From sequence record SRR20825019_97: 31,178 nucleotides of DNA; one strand, given 5' to 3'. Shown here one piece after another: positions 27,532 through 31,178 of this stretch. The notes beneath the pieces were generated by a model that ran no database searches, was not told the DNA's origin, and worked only from the letters and a program-made list of their open reading frames with translations. The translations under genes and the position numbers were made by a program. How positions within the stretch are numbered: the first letter of the stretch is position 1; each line of letters starts with the position of its first letter.

Positions 27532-28802
27532 ACCTGCGGCTGGCACTGTCTCTGGCCATGGCAAGCCTCTGGTATCGGCGCAGGGTACTGGCGCTGGTAA
27601 CCCTGACCCTGACCCTCAGCATCACCCTGCTTCTGGGCGTTCAGTACCTTCGCACCGAAGTGAAGCAGTCCTTTACCAGCACCATCTCCGGCACCGACCT
27701 GATCGTGGGCGCTCGCAGCGGTCAGCTGAACCTGCTGCTGTACACGGTCTTTCACATCGGTGACGCCACCAATAACATCCGCTGGAGTACCTACGAGAAA
27801 CTCCAGGAGGATGAGCGCATCGGCTGGCTGGTGCCCATATCCCTGGGCGACAGTTATCGCGGGCACCGGGTTGTCGGCACCAGCGAGCAGTTCCCGGAAC
27901 ATTTCCGCTACGGTCGGGACCAGAAACCCGCATTGGCCGAGGGAGAATGGTTCGCCGATGTCTTCGACGTGGTGTTGGGGGCCGAAGTAGCCCGCAAGCA
28001 CGCTCACCAGACTGGCGACAGGGTTGTCCTGTCCCATGGCGGCGGCAAGACCAGCTTCTCCAACCACAAGGACACTCCGTTTACGGTCACTGGCATCCTC
28101 GCTCCCACTGGTACACCGGTGGACCAGGCAGTTTACGTCAGCCTGGAGGGCCTCGAAGCCATCCATATTGGCTGGGAATCCGGTGTTGCCATCCCCGGGC
28201 GAACCGTCACGCCCGAACAGGCCAGGCAGAGGGACCTCACACCGGACGCGATTACCGCCGCATTCGTGGGCATCGACCGCAAGGTGCTGACTTTTCAGGT
28301 TCAGCGCCAGATCAACGAATCGCAGCTCGAACCGTTGTCGGCGATTCTCCCGGGGGTGGCGCTCAGCGAACTCTGGCGAATCATGGGTCAGTTCGAAAAA
28401 GCCTTGCTGGGCATCACCGGCTTTGTCGTGGTCACCAGCCTAGTCGGGCTCGTGGCCGTGTTGCTGACTCTGCAGGCGCAGCGGCGGCAGGAAGTGGCGA
28501 TTCTCAGGGCTACCGGGGCTTCGCCGGCCCTCATCGCGGCATTGCACGTGATCGAATGCATTCTGCTGGCCATCGCGGCCTGTGGGCTCGCGATACTGGC
28601 CGGAGCGGCCGGCATCGCGGCTCTTAGCCCCTGGCTACTGGATACGTGGGGCGTTCAGGTAGGCCTGCGGCCGCTGAATGCAACGGAATGGTCGATCATC
28701 GCCAGCGTCCCTCTGGCAGCGTTGCTGGTGGGACTGATTCCGGCGCTCCAGGCCTGGCGGGGCAGCCGAAAACAGGGGCTGGGACACGTGGCCCCAGAGT
28801 GA
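27528..28802 (+). CDS. ABC transporter permease (MacB/FtsX type, ZrgC-like)
   Basis: SGTDLIVGARSGQLNLLLY.VF.IG, PISLGDS.RG.RVVGT, RRQEVAILRATGA; four-TM layout. Confidence 0.9.
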   Translation: MNLRLALSLAMASLWYRRRVLALVTLTLTLSITLLLGVQYLRTEVKQSFTSTISGTDLIVGARSGQLNLLLYTVFHIGDATNNIRWSTYEKLQEDERIGWLVPISLGDSYRGHRVVGTSEQFPEHFRYGRDQKPALAEGEWFADVFDVVLGAEVARKHAHQTGDRVVLSHGGGKTSFSNHKDTPFTVTGILAPTGTPVDQAVYVSLEGLEAIHIGWESGVAIPGRTVTPEQARQRDLTPDAITAAFVGIDRKVLTFQVQRQINESQLEPLSAILPGVALSELWRIMGQFEKALLGITGFVVVTSLVGLVAVLLTLQAQRRQEVAILRATGASPALIAALHVIECILLAIAACGLAILAGAAGIAALSPWLLDTWGVQVGLRPLNATEWSIIASVPLAALLVGLIPALQAWRGSRKQGLGHVAPE

Positions 28803-28840
28803 CGGACATCACGCAACGCGGGCCATGACATCCCTGTAAA

Positions 28841-28869
28841 TTGACCAACTTGCAGTCCACACTTATAGT
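28841..28869 (+). promoter_or_regulatory. Sigma70-type promoter for TIGR02449-zapA
   Basis: TTGACC-N17-TATAGT, 35 nt upstream of the ATG at 28905. Confidence 0.65.
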
Positions 28870-28904
28870 TAGTTCACTTCTTTGATACAGGCGTTGGACG
28901 ACTC

Positions 28905-29111
28905 ATGGAACAGTCCGAACTACAGGCACTGGCGGACAAACTCGACAGATTGATCGAACACTGTCGCAAACTGGAACGTGACAACGCGATGCTGCGCGAG
29001 CTGCAGGACGACTGGAACCGTGAGCGAGCGCAGCTCATGCACAAGAATGATCTTGCCAAAAACAAGATTGAAGCCATGATAGGCCGCCTCCGGGCCCTGG
29101 AGCACCACTGA
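28905..29111 (+). CDS. TIGR02449 family small coiled-coil protein (ZapB-like)
   Basis: LQALADKLDRLI..C..L..DN..LR......W..ERAQL..KN..A..KIEAMI.RL.ALE; coupled to zapA. Confidence 0.88.
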   Translation: MEQSELQALADKLDRLIEHCRKLERDNAMLRELQDDWNRERAQLMHKNDLAKNKIEAMIGRLRALEHH

Positions 29112-29407
29112 TGCCACAGCAGCCGACAACCGTCGAAGTCAAGATTCTCGACAAGGAATACCTGGTCGCCTGCCCCCAGGAAGAGCAGGAAGCCCTTCTC
29201 CGCTCCGCCAGGCACCTGGACACCAAAATGCGGGAAATACGTGCCAGCGGCAAGGTATTCGGTACCGAACGTATCGCCGTGATGGCGGCACTCAACATCA
29301 CTAATGAGATGCTTGAGCGGGACACCATGTCGGACACCGCCAGTTCAATTCTCAACGCCATGGACGAAAAGCTCGATACCGCACTGGGTGAAGGCACCGG
29401 TAACTAG
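29111..29407 (+). CDS. zapA: Cell division protein ZapA
   Basis: VKILDKEYLVACP, A.HLDTKMREIR, ERIAVMAALNI. Confidence 0.95.
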   Translation: MPQQPTTVEVKILDKEYLVACPQEEQEALLRSARHLDTKMREIRASGKVFGTERIAVMAALNITNEMLERDTMSDTASSILNAMDEKLDTALGEGTGN

Positions 29408-29434
29408 TCCTTACACAGGAATCCGATTCAGGTG

Positions 29435-29465
29435 TTGCAATCAGCCCCGGCAATGCCCGTATAAT
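29435..29465 (+). promoter_or_regulatory. Putative promoter of the 6S RNA gene
   Basis: Perfect TATAAT at 29460-29465, about 7 nt before the RNA 5' end; TTGCAA at 29435-29440 (19-nt spacer, suboptimal). Confidence 0.55.
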
Positions 29466-29471
29466 GAATTT

Positions 29472-29651
29472 AACTTCCTGGGCTGTTCGCTGGTCGGATT
29501 CGTCCTCGAGCCGATGCGCACTACCCAGGTGGCTACTTCAGGGCATTGTGAGCACGTCCCCATACGGGGAAAGCCTAATATGTCACAGCGGCCACCGACC
29601 TTGAACTTTGGGTTCAAGGGCCACATCCGATAACGGCAGCCCGGGAAGCTT
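29472..29651 (+). ncRNA. ssrS: 6S RNA
   Basis: About 180 nt after zapA and before the ygfA-like gene; ends pair (CTTCCTGGGCTGTT / GGCAGCCCGGGAAG); contains GAGCCGAT and CCTTGAAC...GGTTCAAGG, typical of gammaproteobacterial 6S RNA. Confidence 0.9.
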
Positions 29652-29669
29652 TACTTTCAACCAGGATCC

Positions 29670-30053
29670 TCAGAAACTCGACAATTCATCCTGCAGGTCG
29701 CGTTTCAGCTCTTCTGGCTCGGTTATCCACAGGGTTTCATCCAGGCCAGGCAGCACCCCGACGTCCAGACCGTCTTTCGTCAGACCCGGCACCCATTTCC
29801 TGAAAAAATCCGGCAACGGAATACGCTTAGGCGTGAGATCGTCGGAACCCTTACCATATTCCACCGCGAATGCCTCACTGGGCCATACCGGCAGGTACTC
29901 CACATCGCCATCTTCAGACACGATCTTGAGGAAGCGATTCTCCGCATTCACCAGAATCCAGATTTCACGCTCCTCCCCGACCTGGCTCAGGAAATAGTCG
30001 TATCGTTCTTCGCCGTCTGATTCGAGGACACTCGTTAATGCATCATGGTTCAT
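29670..30053 (-). CDS. DUF2750 family protein
   Basis: ERYDYFL..V....EIWIL, LPVWPSEAFA, I.L.DF...WVPGL..DG..VGV.P; start at MNHD. Confidence 0.8.
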   Translation of the reverse strand: MNHDALTSVLESDGEERYDYFLSQVGEEREIWILVNAENRFLKIVSEDGDVEYLPVWPSEAFAVEYGKGSDDLTPKRIPLPDFFRKWVPGLTKDGLDVGVLPGLDETLWITEPEELKRDLQDELSSF

Positions 30054-30190
30054 GGGTTGACCTGCTGTTGAACAAAAAGTTTGAAGGGCCAATGATAGCC
30101 TATCGGCTCGCCACACCGACATAACCAGAGACCGGTGACAGGCGACATTTTTCTGTACAACAGGGGCAGCCCGATGGTAGAAAAAGCTCT

Positions 30191-30841
30191 ATGTTGACCA
30201 ACGTTGTCTCATCCCAGCCCTTTGAAGAGCACCCTGACTCGCAATCCCGAAGCAATCTTCGCAAGGCCCTTCGGAAGAAGCGCCGCTCGCTGTCTGCGGA
30301 AGAACAACAGATTGCCGCTGACCAGCTTGCGCTGAACCTGTTGAAACATCCTGACCTTTTCAGGGCCCGCCACGTTGCCGTATACCTGCCCAACGACGGT
30401 GAAATTGATCCCCAGGTGTACGTTCATGTTGCCCGCAGGCGAGGCATTCACTTCTATTTGCCGGTGCTGCATCCGGTGCACCGCGGCAGGCTGGTTTTCA
30501 GCCCTTTTACCGATGGCACCGAGCTGACGGCCAACCGCTTTGGCATTCCTGAACCACCCTTCCACAAGGGGCTGGAGCGGCCACCATGGGCGCTGGACGC
30601 AGTGCTGTTTCCGCTGGTGGGATTTGATGGTTTCGGTGGCCGCCTGGGCATGGGTGGCGGCTTCTATGATCGCACCTTTGCGTTCACGCGAATCCGGCCA
30701 CGACTGGCCCCAAAGCTGATCGGGCTGGCCCATGACTGTCAAAAAGTATCGGAGTTACCGCTGGAACCCTGGGATATCCCTCTGCACAGTGTGGTGACTG
30801 ACAGAGAGCGTTACCGAATGAGATCGAAGAGCTTTCGGTAA
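30191..30841 (+). CDS. ygfA: 5-formyltetrahydrofolate cyclo-ligase
   Basis: LRKALRKKRRSLS, YLPNDGEID, NRFGIPEP, PLVGFD..GGRLGMGGGFYDR, GLAHDCQ, EPWDIPL. Confidence 0.95.
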   Translation: MLTNVVSSQPFEEHPDSQSRSNLRKALRKKRRSLSAEEQQIAADQLALNLLKHPDLFRARHVAVYLPNDGEIDPQVYVHVARRRGIHFYLPVLHPVHRGRLVFSPFTDGTELTANRFGIPEPPFHKGLERPPWALDAVLFPLVGFDGFGGRLGMGGGFYDRTFAFTRIRPRLAPKLIGLAHDCQKVSELPLEPWDIPLHSVVTDRERYRMRSKSFR

Positions 30842-30844
30842 GGT

Positions 30845-30994
30845 TTAGTCTCGAACGGCGGACACTGTAAAGGCTTCGCTATCGGAGGCCGTAGGCTCAT
30901 CGTCAGAGGCCTGAAGTGATGTGAAGCCAGTAATAACAAGGCCAACGGCGAAAATCAGCACGACCGTCCGGATAATGTCAGGCTTGCGGCCCAT
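30845..30994 (-). CDS. Small (49 aa) single-TM or signal-peptide-like hypothetical protein
   Basis: Manual translation MGRKPDIIRTVVLIFAVGLVITGFTSLQASDDEPTASDSEAFTVSAVRD*; GGAG RBS; ends 3 nt from the ygfA stop; below the ORF-track cutoff. Confidence 0.65.
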   Translation of the reverse strand: MGRKPDIIRTVVLIFAVGLVITGFTSLQASDDEPTASDSEAFTVSAVRD

Positions 30995-31178
30995 GAGGGG
31001 ATTCTCCGGTATTTTAAATAGTAAAATCGATCTAAATCAGTTGACTATTCTTGTTTTCAAGAATTAGACGAAAGACTAACACCTATCCTGCGTTTTACAA
31101 TTTTTCACAGATTAAATTTTTGTAAGCCGCTCCAAAGTTTGCCGAACTGGGGAGGAAGCCCCCTCCCGAAACTGTGCG

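Noticed and set aside
27471-28627. 231-aa minus-strand and 226-aa plus-strand alternative-frame ORFs
   Set aside because: Overlap the well-supported ABC permease; composition is not protein-like.
29304-29633. ORFs overlapping 29304..29633 on both strands
   Set aside because: Region is better explained by the zapA end and 6S RNA.
31150-31167. GGGAGG-AAGCCC-CCTCCC hairpin at the right edge
   Set aside because: Short, no U-tract, and the context is truncated; cannot be assigned.
1-31178. CRISPR arrays, tRNA/rRNA, transposases, integrases, phage or defence genes
   Set aside because: No repeat-spacer periodicity or recognisable motifs seen by eye; nearly all of the sequence is accounted for by the listed genes.

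Overview
GC-rich gammaproteobacterial chromosome segment; gene content and order suggest Marinobacter (inference). Left to right: (1) a Tle1/DUF2235-type phospholipase gene that runs off the left edge and is missing from the ORF track. (2) A ~8 kb module: an ABC importer whose binding protein resembles the PQQ-binding protein PqqT, an AgmR/ErbR-like response regulator, a NahK/ErcS'-like hybrid kinase, a NosP-like FIST sensor and a porin. (3) A neutral-lipid block: WS/DGAT, alpha/beta hydrolase, FFLEELY-motif-like protein, PHA-granule-region protein. (4) Core ubiE-ubiJ-ubiB-hisI-hisE-tatABC-rsmE, then DUF808. (5) ygfB-pepP-ubiH-ubiI/F on the minus strand. (6) A zrg-like zinc cluster with a likely Zur box and an inverted DUF3299 gene. 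(7) TIGR02449-zapA-6S RNA, an antisense DUF2750 gene, 5-formyl-THF cyclo-ligase and an untracked 49-aa membrane-protein ORF. No CRISPR array, tRNA/rRNA or transposase/integrase was seen. Best novelty candidates are the putative PQQ uptake and sensing module and the orphan lipase effector with an unexplained ~195-aa N-terminal region. All family calls rest on motif recognition and recalled gene order; no database search was run.
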